Below, in pieces: positions 25,384 through 39,167 of a stretch of DNA of 64,000 nt. The stretch is taken from contig NC_068982.1 of assembly GCF_001194135.2 (NCBI RefSeq), positions 128,712,906-128,776,905 of the forward strand. The letters are read 5' to 3'. The notes under the pieces are model-generated. The model did no database searches. It saw nothing but the letters and a program-made list of their open reading frames with translations, and was not told the origin of the DNA. Origin of the DNA: Octopus bimaculoides (lineage: Eukaryota). The translations under genes were made by a program, and so were the position numbers. Numbering within the stretch: the stretch's first letter is position 1; each line of letters begins with the position of its first letter.

Positions 25384-25686
25384 AAGCTTCTTTTTGAGGA
25401 ACAATAACCTCAATAAGCTCTTTGTTTTTCCCTCTTCCAGCTTTGTTTTCAGCAGCTACAGAAAAATAGTAGCCAACATTTTCTTCCAGTTCAGTGACTT
25501 TCCAGCTCTTTTCAACAGCATCTAAAGTGACAATATGCTGCCATTCATCTTTTCTATCTTTTCTCTTTTTAAGAGTATACTTCGTTATTCTTGAACCACC
25601 ATCATCTTTTGGTTGTTTCCAGCTGAGATCAACAAAGTTCTTTCCAATCCTAGTTGGTTTAAGTTCAGCTGGTGGTCCAGGAGGTT
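25384..25686 (-). CDS. FN3 exon D44, class B
   Basis: PPGPPAELKPTRIGKNF...PQKEA; 303 bp; manual translation. Confidence 0.88.
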
Positions 25687-26184
25687 CTGCAGAATAACAA
25701 ATGCAATTATATTAAATAAGATAAATTTTCTATGTAATAATTTATTAAACATACTTTTAAAATATTCACATATAAACAATATTTTTGTATGAATTTAGAT
25801 AATTTTAAAATGTTTACATAATTAAAAACTTGTAACTAAATTCAGCTAAACATATTATATATTATTATATACTTTCAACATCTCTGAATAATTTGCTTTA
25901 TTTTTCTCTCAGTTTGAACAACATATTTTATAAATTTTGACAGCCTCTGAATACCTTTAGAATACCTAATTTTTACAGAATTTTTATAAGTAGATTAAGA
26001 TTCAATATATAGAGAATCATTTCAAAAGCAAATACCTAAGAGCTAAAGTCAAAAAATGATAACTAATCATGAAATTTATAAACTAAGAAAACTTTAACTT
26101 TTTATAACATTACCACATAACTTAACTGTCAAGAACTTCTAAGATATAACTGAAATGTTATTAGATATTACAAATTATCCTTAC

Positions 26185-26490
26185 CAATTTCCCTTCTGGG
26201 AACTGTTGCATCTGATGTTTCTAAAGGTGGACTCTCTCCTTCAGCATTGACAGCAATCACACGGAAATAGTACTCAGTTCCTTCCAGTAGATCATTTACT
26301 CTGTATGTAAGAGTGTTTGAATCCACTTCACCGGCCTTGTGCCAACTCAAACGGGATGATGACTTAAATTCAATAATGTACTTAGTGACTGGACTGCCTC
26401 CATCAGTATCTGGTGCTTTCCATTGTAAATCAACATAATTATGAGATACGTCAATAACTTGTAATGGTCCTCTTGGACGTGCTGGTACAT
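26185..26490 (-). CDS. FN3 exon D43, class C' (YVDL)
   Basis: VPARPRGPLQVIDVSHNYVDL...VPRREI; 306 bp. Confidence 0.9.
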
Positions 26491-26581
26491 CTGGAAACAT
26501 TAACGTAGTATTTAGTATTATATCTATTATAAAAGAGATAACAGATCAAAGATGAGAATAACTATTGTTATATATTCTTAC

Positions 26582-26887
26582 CAAATGGACTTCTTGCTAA
26601 AGTTGCACCTTCTGTAACCAGTGGTTCACTGTGTCCAAATTTGTTGATAGCAATGACCCTAAATTCATATTCACAATTTGATGTCAAGTTCTGCACCATA
26701 TAACTGGTAATGTCATGAGGAACCTGTTCAACATTAGACCAATATTCTCTTCCACTTTGTCTCTTTTCAACTAAGAAGTTAGTGATTGGACTACCGCCAT
26801 CACTCTCAGGATACTTCCAAGATATACCAATTGCTGTTCTTTGGACATCAAAGATTTTAATAGGACCTTTTGGTGGACCAGGTTTAT
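26582..26887 (-). CDS. FN3 exon D42, class A'
   Basis: KPGPPKGPIKIFDVQRT...LARSPF; 306 bp; followed by a 91-bp intron. Confidence 0.9.
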
Positions 26888-27414
26888 CTGATTTAAAAGA
26901 AAACAAAATATATGTACGTTAATTAAGTAAAGTTTCGCCAATGTGTAATTTCTAATTAATGACTATTAAAATAGTATCTAAATCTAACTTTCACTTTCAG
27001 TTTTTAATATCATTCAACTTTTCCAAAGTTTCTCTTTAGCGATGATTTGAGAAGTTAAAGTGCATTACATTTTCCTATAACACAGAAGAAGAAAAATTCA
27101 TTTTTATAACCATGTAATATTTCAATGTCTGATAATACATTTGTCTGGTAGAGACAAACCTGACAAAGACATGAAGAAGTGAAGGTGTATGACTGATGAG
27201 GTTGCAATTGGCGACAAATAGACTATGACAAACCTAGCTTATTGATTGATTGATCATACAGTTAATCAAACAATTAATTAATTGGTTAAATGACTAACCA
27301 TTTGCCAAATAAAAAATAAAGAAGCGAATAGAACCAGTGCATGTTTATTATTGGTACCTTCCTAAAATATAACAAAATACAATTGGTATATTAGAAGAAA
27401 GTAAATCCACTTAC

Positions 27415-27717
27415 CTAATGCTTTCTTCAAAGTAACAGGTTGTTCAGCATCACAAGGATCACTGACACCAATTTTATTCTTTGAACAAACTGAGAAGTAA
27501 TAATCAATCTCTTGTTTGAGTCCTTTAATGTGGCTACTGAGTTCGTGACCAGTAACTGTATCGATATCTTTGCGTTCCTCATCTGGTTTCTCACGTTTCT
27601 GGATAATATAGTTAGTGATCTTTGAACCACCATCATAAACTGGTGCTTTCCATTCTAGCACAGTGAAATCATGTCCAACTTTGGTTGTCCTCAAATAAAC
27701 AGGTGGACCAGGTCGTG
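27415..27717 (-). CDS. FN3 exon D41, class B
   Basis: RPGPPVYLRTTKVGHDF...LKKAL; 303 bp. Confidence 0.9.
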
Positions 27718-28614
27718 CTATTACAAATAAAAATAATAATAATTGTAGTAGTAGTAGCAATAGATTTTTAATGTTATTGATAAAATTACAGGTTTTACAC
27801 TACAAGGAGCTCCACATTATGAAAATTCTGATAATGGCTATAGAAGTGATCAAATAATTTTTATTCCAAAAAGTTTCTCTGTAAATGCATCACAATTTTT
27901 AACATGCAAGTCAAGAGGAAAATAGGCTTGCATTATGGTATTTCCTCATTATGACAAAGCTTCTAAGACTGCATCCCTTCTGTAACATGAAGGATTGCTA
28001 TAATACTAAAGAAAAATCTATAATTTAATGCTATCCTTTGAAGGTGGTGCTCTAAGCTTTTACAATCTGCAGAACAATACACATGTATTGCAAAACTAAA
28101 GCATCTTGCACAAAACTCTGAATTTTGCATACAGAGATTTGAGATTTGATTTTACCTCATTATATTACTTATTTCAAAGATGAAAGGTAAAATCAAATTC
28201 AGTTGGATTGTCTCTCAGAAATATGGATCATAATAGTGGATGTTATAAAACTTCTATTTGCATTCTGAGTGGGGCAATCCTATCCTCTGTAGTGGTAAAT
28301 ATTAAACAGTTGTTGAATTATTTTCAGTCTAATATTTCTTAAATGGTTTTGAACTTACTAATTTTAAAGTTCAATAAGTTTTGTACCCTTCCTCATGGCA
28401 TGCTAAAAATTATAATGCAAAATTGTTTTAAAACTAACACTTATAATAACTGTTTAACAGTAAACGTTCATATATAACAAATTTTTTTTTTTTTCTAATG
28501 ATAATTATAATTTACAAATTTTTGAGCTTATACCTTATAACCTATTAAGGTATAAACATTAATAACTTCATTTCAGTAATGAATATAATAATATTAAACA
28601 AATGCAAAATTCAC

Positions 28615-28920
28615 CTAGTTTTCTTGTTGGTTTAGTAACATCACTTGCTTCCAGTGGTTTACTATTGCCCTCTGCATTGTAAGCAATGACTTGGAAATAG
28701 TATTCAGTATTTTCAATCAAATTAGTTGCTTTGAATTTGGTTGTTTTGCTATCAACAGTTCCTGCTTTGCTCCAGAATGTTCGTGAAGCTAATCTGGATT
28801 CAATAATATATCCAAGGAGTTGACTACCACCATCACTTTCTGGTGGATTCCATTTAAGATCAGCACTCTCGTGTGTAACATTGTCAATAACTAAAGGTCC
28901 AACTGGACATGATGGAACAT
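28615..28920 (-). CDS. FN3 exon D40, class C
   Basis: VPSCPVGPLVIDNVTHESADL...KPTRKL; 306 bp. Confidence 0.9.
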
Positions 28921-29783
28921 CTAAAAGAAACAAATTATATGATACATATAATTAAAGCAACATTGTAATGTACAAACTGATTCAGAATACATTTTTTACC
29001 AGACATGGGTAGTATTGAATGTAATATTTTACATTTGCAAGTTTCAATATTTTTTGTGTGCCTAATGTGCTCATTCTTCTTAATTCAAATAATTACTTTC
29101 TTTTTGATCATTTAAATCATTCAAATCTTACATTTAAGGCAATTAATGTTTCTTTGAGGATTTAAGGTTAGCTCTATGTAATATCAATAATATTTACATA
29201 AATTTGCTCTGTTTATAGCACTTTCTGTTTGTACAAAAATATCTGCATGCAATAGCGTGTAGGTTTGTTCATGTATTATTCCTAAAGTTTTGTATATATG
29301 AAATTATGTCAAACATAATTTCTGCATATTTTATGACTTTTCTTTATGCATTTATATGAAATTAGCTACTAAATTTTCAATATGTTGTAGTTGACATTCC
29401 ATATATTGGTTCTCATAAGAGAGCTTAAAATATTCCTGGGGGTAGGCAGAATATAAGCTCTGAGAACATTTTTTGCTGCTGATACAAATATTTGATGCCT
29501 CATGCATTAAGTAGCTTTAATGATTAACATATGCTAATCTTTCCTAACAGGGTTACTCTTATTAATTCTATAGTCAAGTTTTTCAGTTCATTTTTCAATT
29601 CAAAGATACTCTGGTCGAATGATTACATTTGCAATGTATAAAATAAGCTGTGTAAAGGAACGGCATCAAACACTGTCCATCACTACTGAATACCTAGCCA
29701 AGTAGATTAAGCCATATCAATCACAATGGTAATAGAACACATATTGTTTTTGAAATACACAAAATGGAAGGTCTTGTACGTAC

Positions 29784-30089
29784 CAAATGGACTTCGAGTT
29801 AAAGTGGTATCTTTGGTTTCAAGTGGTTCACTTTCTCCAATTTTGTTGACAGCTATAACTCTAAAGTGGTATTCAGTTTTCTCTTTCAGACCTTTGCAAG
29901 TTAATTCGAAAGTTGAATTATCCACTTTAGCAACTTGAGACCAGTACCTATTTGAAGTAGGCCTTTTCTCAACATTATAAGATGTGATTGGTGAACCACC
30001 ATCATCTTGAGATGCTTTCCATTTGATACTTATGGAATCTCGCTGGACATCGGTTACAGTAATTGGACCAATCGGTCTGGATGGAACAG
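29784..30089 (-). CDS. FN3 exon D39, class A
   Basis: VPSRPIGPITVTDVQRD...LTRSPF; 306 bp; AAG acceptor. Confidence 0.9.
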
Positions 30090-30457
30090 CTTGAAAAAAC
30101 AAAGTAAAATCTTTAATTTTTATTCAAACACATATACAAAAACATTCAATATCTTTTGTATATTCTTTAAATAACATTAAACATGGCTGGCCGGCAACAT
30201 ATTTTTCTGCATTATATGGATAATTTATCCTGATCACGCTATTTATAGCATTATCACGCGTTTGAGAAATAAATTTATTGCTGTATATCAAAATTTATAT
30301 TTCTGTAGCATATTAATGAATAAAATTGTAATTCAAAACCATGATAAAATTTATGCAAAAAAATTATTTAAAAATCACAAGCTTTCAAGAAATTTTGCAT
30401 AAAAAATTATGGCAATTTATCAACTTTAGAATTGAAATGAAAAATTTTAAAACTTAC

Positions 30458-30754
30458 TTGCTCCCTTCTTAGTTGAGATTGGTTTACTTTCACAAGGTTC
30501 ACCAACACCAACTTTGTTTTCAGCAGAAACTTGGAAATAAAATTCTTGACCTTCAGGTAATTTACTTGCTCGGCAATATGTTTCATATGCATTAACTGAA
30601 GCAACCTTTGTCCAAGTTGATTTATCTTGAGACTTTTTGACAATATAACCTGTAATTGGTGTGCCTCCATTATTTTCTGGAGGATTCCAATCAATCTCAA
30701 TAAAGTTTTCACCGACTCTGGAATCTCTCAAATTAACAGGTGGCCCAGGTAGGT
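30458..30754 (-). CDS. FN3 exon D38, class B
   Basis: LPGPPVNLRDSRVGENF...TKKGA; 297 bp. Confidence 0.9.
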
Positions 30755-30859
30755 CTGACAAAGAGAAATCAATACATTGCAGTCAGTTTAGATTAGAATA
30801 AACATGAAATTACAAAACTAATGTTTTCTAGTTTAAAATCCATTAGGATATTTAAATAT

Positions 30860-31045
30860 TGGTTTCAAATATTGACACAAGACCAGCAATTTTGCGAAAG
30901 GATTAAGTGGACCCCAGTCCACAACTGATACTTAATTTATCAACCCTGAAAGGATGAAAAGCAAAGTTGACCTTGACGAAATTTGAACTTAAAGTGTAAA
31001 GATGGACAAACTGCTGCTAAGTGTTTTGGTTCCTGTGGAAATGAT
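30860..31045 (-). mobile_element. Second SINE-like family copy
   Basis: aaggatgaaaagcaaagttgaccttgacgaaatttgaact is the reverse complement of the 21248 core. Confidence 0.6.
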
Positions 31046-31849
31046 TCTGCCACCATAAATTTAGATACTAAGAAGTAAACATTGGACCCAACATAAGCAG
31101 CAGGTTTCAAATTTGAGGGACAAGTATAGTTGTTTGACTGACACTTATCATCATCAGAAAAAATGAAAAGCGAAGTTAACCATGGTAAGATTTATAATTA
31201 GAACATGAAGGGCTGAAACTAAATACCACATCATATTTTGATGGCTAATTTTAAAGTATGTTAGAGAAAAATATAGCTTTTCACTGTCAACTCTCAGCAT
31301 TGATATTTTTCACATATGAGCTAAATAATTCTCCATGATTAACCCTTTCTATGTTTTGCTTTTCACTGACTTTTTCTCTCCAAAAGTCTTTGGTTGAAAT
31401 GATTTCAATGTATTTCCCTACTTTCAGAAATTTCCTTGAATATATATATATATATATATATANNNNNNNNNNNNNNNNNNNNNNNNNNNNNNNNNNNNNN
31501 NNNNNNNNNNNNNNNNNNNNNNNNNNNNNNNNNNNNNNNNNNNNNNNNNNNNNNNNNNNNNNNNNNNNNNNNNNNNNATGCGATCCATAGGAATCGGCGA
31601 TGTTAAAAATGTAAACTTCTCCTCAGGGAAATGCATGAGAACCAGCTTAAACGTAAGACATTATAACCGAGTATGAGAACTATAGTTGGATAAGGATATA
31701 ACGTAATTCATTTGAAAATATCAAGGAGTTTCTGCCTCACAAACAGGAGTTACACCACAGTTATTTTGTGATCTTTGCTACCCTGGTATCTATTAACCCA
31801 TTTATTTTATCTGAATTATTCTTAATTAGGAGAAAATAAATACATATAA

Positions 31850-31850
31850 T

Positions 31851-31901
<51 letters not shown>
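31850..31901. repeat. (TA)n(GA)n microsatellite
   Basis: Read directly. Confidence 0.95.
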
Positions 31902-31903
<2 letters not shown>

Positions 31904-32024
31904 CACACAAACAACGAATTTAGTGTTGGCTTCAAGAAAGATAGGTAACAATTTGCTGTCTATATTAAGAATAGTGTAATTATTTACTGGGAAACTGCAA
32001 ATTAAACAATAAAAATGTAATTAC

Positions 32025-32330
32025 ATATTTTCCTAGTTGGTTTGGTAATATCTGTTGCTTCCAGTGGTTGACTTGGGCCTTCATCATTAACAGCAATGAC
32101 TCGGAAAAGGTATTCAGTATCTTCAAGCAAGTCTTTAACAGTATATTTTGTGGTTGTTCCACTAACTGTTCCAGATTTAGACCAGGTTGTCCTAGTAGCT
32201 GTCCTATATTCAATGATATAGTTAACCACAGGCAAACCTCCATCCTTCTCTGGTGGTTTCCATTGAAGCTCAGCAGAATTTTCTGTTACATTGTCAATAA
32301 TTAGAGGACCAACAGGTGCAGATGGGACGT
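32025..32330 (-). CDS. FN3 exon D37, class C
   Basis: VPSAPVGPLIIDNVTENSAEL...KPTRKI; 306 bp. Confidence 0.9.
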
Positions 32331-33180
32331 CTGAAAATAGCAAGGACAAAAATTTCATAAGTTATCTGAAATGCAGCCAGTCAATTTTATTGCATTTAAC
32401 ATGTGATATCATACAAAAAAATTGTTTATTGATGATATCATTGCAAAATTACATATATTACATCTTAATATTACATGTCTATAGAATTAATTATAAAGGA
32501 ACTATTTCTATAAAGTGAAATATTGATTTATGGTTATATTTTTGATTATTCTAAATCAAACATATCAGATTAATTAAATCTTGTATTAAAGATTTGTTGG
32601 GTAAAATAATATCAACCAGAACTATATCTACTTAATAGTGTTATAATGTGTGTTTGTGTGTTTGTGTGTGCACTTATAGTCAAGTCTGCACTAACATACT
32701 TAGTGGGTAGAAATGATTTTTAATCAGTTGATATTATACCCATTATGAGAAGAAGACTAATTAGCATTAATGAAAATTCTTCTCAAAATGATCAAAAAAG
32801 TGAACTCTGAAATTTGAGTTGGTTGAAAATTAAAAGGAGATATTGAGAGAAGTAAGTTTTGGTAACTATGGTGACATCTCCAAACTTGTTTCAGTTTTAT
32901 CAGACCTTCTCAATGAGCCATAGTGCATAGTAACCAAAGCACAGAATGAATTGAGTATATTTTTCATATATTCTTAAAAAGTATCAATAAACACTCTTCA
33001 AGTATTGTATATATTAGAAAAGTTTCTACTGTGTGAAAATACTTCACTCATAAGACAGTCTAGAATACTGACTTTTAAAAATTTTCCGTGGGTACCTTCA
33101 GGATGAAAATTATGTAAAGTGCAGGCTAATTTACTTTGTCTAATAATCCCAAAATAATTTTCAAAGTGTGTTTGTTTGAG

Positions 33181-33186
<6 letters not shown>

Positions 33187-33262
<76 letters not shown>

Positions 33263-33283
33263 TGTGTGTGTGTGTGTGTGTGT
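33187..33283. repeat. (AG)n(GT)n microsatellite
   Basis: Read directly. Confidence 0.95.
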
Positions 33284-33403
33284 GCATGTGAGCAAATAGG
33301 TTTGTATACACACATACACAAAGAAACACTTATATATGCATATATTTTAACAGTGAATGCTTCAATTGCTTTATTTAACATCATAAATGCTTAATATTCT
33401 TAC

Positions 33404-33709
33404 CATAAGGACTTCTGGCTAATGTTGCACCAGATGTTTCCAAAGGTTTACTAGCACCAACAGAATTGTGAGCAATAACCCTAAAGAAGTATTCAGTTTT
33501 CTCAATTAGGTTTCTGCAGCAGAACTCTGTCACTTGATCGCTCACTTTTTCAACTTTACTCCAGGAAGAACGAGAAGCTTCTCTCTTCTCAATAGAATAT
33601 CCAGTTATAGGAGAACCACCATCATCAGCTGGTGGCTTCCATTTAATGCTGATTGATGTTCGTTTAATGTCAAACACATCAAGTGGTCCAATAGGAGGAG
33701 ATGGCAAAC
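33404..33709 (-). CDS. FN3 exon D36, class A
   Basis: LPSPPIGPLDVFDIKRT...LARSPY; 306 bp. Confidence 0.9.
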
Positions 33710-34313
33710 CTAAAAGAAATTTTATTAAGAAATTATATACATTTGTAACATCTGTTTGTCACATAATTAAATAACAAATATTATATGTACACATGTGTAT
33801 GATACTAATTTTAATTAGAAGAGACTTATATAACAACAGTAAGAATTAGATAATTATATTGATCTAAAGTTAAATTCTTTATAAGTTTATGATTAAGTAC
33901 TATTTTAGACCTGGTTCAAAAATCTACAATTTCCAACAACTATTAAAAAGAAAACTCATACTTTTTATCAGACATTATTAAAGGAAAATCATTGCATAAT
34001 CAAATTACTATGTGTTTTAAAATTATGATAATCAACATTATTTGGCAAGTTTAGATAAAACTATTCCCAATTGGCAACAACATTATTTAGCATGGAATAA
34101 CAAGAAAAATAGAAGAAAAGAAGGTATAGCTAACAAAATTTATATAGTAACAAAGAACCACCATGAAAAAACAGGAAGGGAAATATGACAGCTTATTTTA
34201 GAGGAACCTATAGTTTTATACTAAGCCCCACACTGCAACAGCTATATTATGCATTTAATAATCAAAAGCTGTATATGAAAAGCAAATATTTAATGCTAAA
34301 ATTAAATACTGAC

Positions 34314-34616
34314 CAGCTTCTTTCTTTGGTGTAATGATATCTGAAATTTCTGCTAAAGGTCCAGTACCAGCTTTATTTTCAGCACACACAGCGAAGTAGT
34401 AACCAACATTCTCAGTAAGATCAGTCACTTTCCAACTATGTTCAAAAGAATCAACTGTCATGACACGTTCCCAGTTATCTTTCTTTGATTTTCTCATCTG
34501 GACGATGTATTTTGTTACCTTTGAACCTCCATTTTCTTTTGGTGGTTTCCATTGTAAGGAAACAAAATCTTTTCCAACTTGGGTTGTTGTGAAATTTAAT
34601 GGAGGTCCAGGAGGTG
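34314..34616 (-). CDS. FN3 exon D35, class B
   Basis: PPGPPLNFTTTQVGKDF...PKKEA; 303 bp; donor gtcagt. Confidence 0.88.
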
Positions 34617-35078
34617 CTAAATTAAAAAAAAATAAATATATATATAAATTTAGTAATCAAAAATGACCAGCTGATATTTATATAATATTATTAGTAAATT
34701 CATTTACAAAAATAATTTCAAATAATTTTATAAGAAAACAATTGTAAGTACAAATACAAAAAAGGTAAAGGAAACATTATGTTGCTGGTGTTGTTTCGTT
34801 AATAATGTGCTTGTGTACGGATTCCAGTCATTTGGATATGGCCATGCTGGTGTCTGTCTCTCTTTCACACACACACACATACACATGTTAATATTTGTAA
34901 ATTTGTGTGTACATATAATAATAATTCTTTCTAACTGATTTTATTTTATTGAACCTGAAGGGAACAAAAGCAAAGCTGACCTCCACAGAATTTGAACTCA
35001 GAATGTAAAGAGCCAGATGAATTGCCACAAAGATTTTTGCCTGATATGCTAATAATTCAGCCATATCACAACCTTGAT

Positions 35079-35240
35079 GATGATGAGAAGAAGAAGAAGA
35101 AGAAGAAGAAGAAGGAGAAGAAGAAGAAGAAGAAGAAGAAGAAGAAGAAGAAGAAGAAGAAGAAGAAGAAGAAGNNNNNNNNNNAAGAAGAAGAAGAAGA
35201 AGAAGAAGAAGAAGAAGAAGAAGAAGAAGAAGAAGAAGAA
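35079..35240. repeat. (GAT)n then long (GAA)n tract with a 10-N gap
   Basis: Read directly. Confidence 0.95.
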
Positions 35241-35311
35241 ATGCCCTGATGCAGTACCAGGCAGTGGCTCTCATGGCTTCTGATCTTAACTCATTTGAAG
35301 TGTTATCATTG

Positions 35312-35795
35312 TTTTGGTATAAAAGATGGACTACAGCAAATATTCTGCTCAATAACACAGATTTGCTTGTCAGTTGTTTGACCTTAACCAGTTGAGCATG
35401 TCCCTTGGTGACTGATGATATGTGCATCTCTGATCATAAGCAGAAGTAGTGGGGGAGCATCAAAGCCAAGTATTGAAAGGAATTTTGGGGCATTTGGATA
35501 ATTCCCCTCTGGAAAGATGGGTGTTTTGCTCAACATCTTTAAACAACTCTGATTCAGGGACCTTTTGAGTGGGATGGGTTACTCAATGCAAGGAAAATTC
35601 TAACTAGGCCCCACCTGCAGGGTTATGCATTGTTTAACTTGATATGAGATCACCATGTCATGCACATATGGTTGTGATGCATGTACCTGGTGTACCCTTA
35701 TCAGATGGGTAGTCATGATGGGTATATTGGGTTTCGTATATTTTGCCAGAGTGTCAGTTTGATGGCATGCACTGCTCTCTCACTCAATAATAATA
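35312..35795 (+). mobile_element. ~470-bp dispersed retroposon-like element with an (AAT)n tail
   Basis: Colinear with 51084-51560 (for example gatgatatgtgcatctctgatca, agcagaagtagtgggggagcatca); ends in AAT repeats. Confidence 0.7.
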
Positions 35796-35822
35796 ATAAT
35801 CAAAAAAATAATAACTACTTAC

Positions 35823-36128
35823 ATATTTCTCTCCTTGGAATTGTTGCATCAGCTGTTTCTAGTGGAGGACTCTCTCCTTCTGCATTTACTGCCATAACAC
35901 GGAAGTAGTATTCCGTATCCTCAACTAAACTCGTAACACGATATTCAAGAGTGTTTGCATCAACCTCTCCAGCCTTATTCCAGGTTAAACGAGAGGCAGA
36001 TTTATATTCAATAATGTATTTAGTAATAGGTTGTCCTCCATCTTCACTGGGAGCTTTCCATTCAAGATCCACATAATTATGGGACACAGCAGTTACTTGT
36101 AATGGTCCTTTAGGATGTCCAGGAACAT
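35823..36128 (-). CDS. FN3 exon D34, class C' (YVDL)
   Basis: VPGHPKGPLQVTAVSHNYVDL...IPRREI; 306 bp. Confidence 0.9.
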
Positions 36129-36718
36129 CTACAAGGAAACAAATATACAGCGATTTTAACAAAGATTTGCAACAGAAAATTAATTATGTTTGAATTTATA
36201 TTTACCATTCCAACTAAATTTTCAATATATATTCATTTTTGACAATCGAAGTTTGTTAAAGCTTATCTTTCCTGGCTATGGATACATCAAATCCATATAA
36301 GATTGTAATGAATTCTTTATAATCAGATTTCAAAAGATTGTAAAAGAATCTCATGAAATAAACATATTTTTGATATATTTCTATTATAAATTAATTAGTT
36401 ACTGTTTGCATAATCAATTACTGAATGATTATACTCCAGACTAATGATAACAAGGTCAAAACTTATCATAAGTCAACATATATACCTAACTTAACTCAAT
36501 AAGTTTCCATAATATGTGATTGACACTGAGCATGAAGCTCAAATTTAAAGTAAGTCTCTAAAAATTTTAAGCCAACATACAAATTTTCTGATCTAGTTAT
36601 TCATCATACAAAAGTTAAATTAGAAAATTTATGCAATTCAAAATTATGATGATTTAAATTATATATATTTATTTATTTATTAAAGAATAATAAAAATATA
36701 TTATATCTAGCTACTCAC

Positions 36719-37024
36719 TGTAAGGGCTCTTTGCAAGTGTGGCTCCATCAGTCTCTAATGGATCACTGCGACCAATTTTGTTGACTGCAATAACTCTAAA
36801 TTCATATTCAGTTCCTTCTGAAAGGCTCTGAACACAATAAGAAGTTATATCAGATTGAACTGTAGCAACATTGCTCCAATATTGACGTTTGGCTTCTTTT
36901 TTCTCAATAATAAACCCTGTGATAGGTGAACCACCATCACTATCTGGATATTTCCAAGTAATGCCCATTGAAGTTCTCTGGATATCAAACACTTTAATAG
37001 GACCTTTTGGTTTTGAAGGTTTTT
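36719..37024 (-). CDS. FN3 exon D33, class A'
   Basis: KPSKPKGPIKVFDIQRT...LAKSPY; 306 bp. Confidence 0.9.
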
Positions 37025-37466
37025 CTGAAATATAAATTATGGTTGTTGCTACACTGTCATAATAATCTGAGTGATATTCAAAGATATATTTGAAACTTCA
37101 GCATTAAAGTTAGAAATAAATTTAAAAGAAAAGAGGACAGTAAGTTAAATGGCTATTCATTAACAATTATATTTTAAAGATATTACTCAGATGAAAAAAA
37201 ATTAAGTTTTAGAAAGTAGCAAAGAAAAGTTCAGAGCTAATTTCAAAATATTATCTAAAACATTTTGACTTCCATAGAAGAAAGAAAATCAAATATACTC
37301 TATTTCAAACTAAAATAAAATCTAAATAAGCTGACAGAACCTTTTAAAACATACTAAACTTGTTATTTATTAAAACCGAAAGTGATGTCCAAAAAGACAA
37401 AGATAGAGTAAAGTAATCAGCGCATTAAATATATTAAATACATAAAACAAGATTCTGAAGACTTAC

Positions 37467-37769
37467 GGAGTTCTTTCACAGGAGTGACAGGTTGATCCAT
37501 ATCACATGGCGCACTCGTTCCAACAGTGTTTGTTGCACATACTGAGAAGTAATAGTCAACATTTTCTTTAAGGCCAGTAACTTTATCAGTAAGTAAGTGG
37601 CTCTCGACAGATGAAACTCTCTGGCGATCATCACTCTTTTTCTCACGCTTCTGAATGACATAGTGTGTTATCTTTGCTCCACCATCAGAACGAGGTGGTT
37701 TCCATTCCAAAATAGTGAAATCAGCACCAACTGCTGTTGATTTCAAGTTAATTGGTGGACCTGGAGGAT
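37467..37769 (-). CDS. FN3 exon D32, class B
   Basis: PPGPPINLKSTAVGADF...PVKEL; 303 bp. Confidence 0.9.
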
Positions 37770-38861
37770 CTGAAATATAAATAAAATTTTATTAGAAATA
37801 TGTAAAAATATACTCCATTGGATATCAAATACTCAGAGAGGTATATAGAAATTTATATATAAAATATTGTATCTATTATCTTAAATTTTGTATCTGCCTC
37901 ACAGGACAAGTCATGTAAGGTTAAGAAAATCTATATAATAAAGTAAATTAATTGAACTACTGAGCAATTCAGTGTTACAGCATTAAGACTACTTTATCCC
38001 GGTTCACTTCAGATATTTATTTCACTAATCTCAAATGTATAAAATCAATATCAGTTTTAGCAAGATCTGCAACTCTTTAATCCACACTTGTCTAGCCAGC
38101 TAAATCATAATCTAATTTTCTTAAAAGTTTATTTTAATCAGTGAATTTGATCCATTCTATAGAATACAAATTAAGTTTTCCTTATATTTCTAAAATATAT
38201 AATCTCAAGTATGACTGTGGTGTTATTAGCTCAGTTCACAGCCACAATTACATGGTTCTGAGCCTGATACTACTTTGGTTGATTAACATTTCATGAATGG
38301 AATTTAGTAAATGGAAATCATATCTGTATGCATATGAAATGTGTGTTTATATTGTGGTGATCTTGTTTGCGTTCTTTTATGCTCTAACTTAGCAGTTAAC
38401 AAATTGAGGTTGACTAAGTAAGTGCTAGCCAAGAACATGTAGCAGCAGTTGATATGATTAACTAAATTCTTGAAGTGATTGCTCCAGTATAGCTGCAATC
38501 TAATGACTGAAACTAGAAAAAGAATTTTTTTTTTTAAATGTTTTCTCTATGAAAATCCCTGTGAAGGTTAAATAGTCATTGTGCTTCAGTAGTAAGCTTG
38601 GGAAGCAAGAGACTAATAAAGAGTAAGAAATTGGCAGAATGGCAACTGGAAACTAGTACTGTATGTTTCCCAAGAAAAACATATATCTTGAGATTCTGGA
38701 ATGGAGGTCCATGACCACTAGCACCTGTAGACATGGTACAGGAAGAGAGAGAGAGAGTGGAATTACAGTTGGTGACTAGTTCTTATGATCGTTTGGAGCT
38801 TTTGATGATACACACTGATACATAATGGAAGAGAATATTTCAAAAATTGAGTTCAACTTAC

Positions 38862-39167
38862 CAACTTTCTTGGGTAATTTAGTGTAATCAGAAGTTTCCA
38901 GTGGTTGACTTTGACCTTCTTCATTCACAGCAATAACACGGAAATAATATTCAGTATCTGCATTTAGATTTGGAACATAGAAAGTAAGAGTTGATCCATC
39001 CACAGTTCCAGCTTTAGTGTAATATGTACGTGAGGCTTGCTTGTATTCAATGATGTAACTAGTTACTGGTTTGCCACCATCACTCTTTGGTGCTTTCCAT
39101 GTAAGATCAACAGAATTATAAGTTACATTATCAACTTCAAGTGGTCCCTGTGGGCTTGAAGGAACAT
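38862..39167 (-). CDS. FN3 exon D31, class C
   Basis: VPSSPQGPLEVDNVTYNSVDL...LPKKV; 306 bp. Confidence 0.9.

Noticed and set aside
34888-35427. Poly-Lys, Arg, Glu, Leu and Ser ORFs (also poly-His/Asp near 18.1 kb and RE/LS repeats near 33.2 kb)
   Set aside because: Translations of intronic microsatellites
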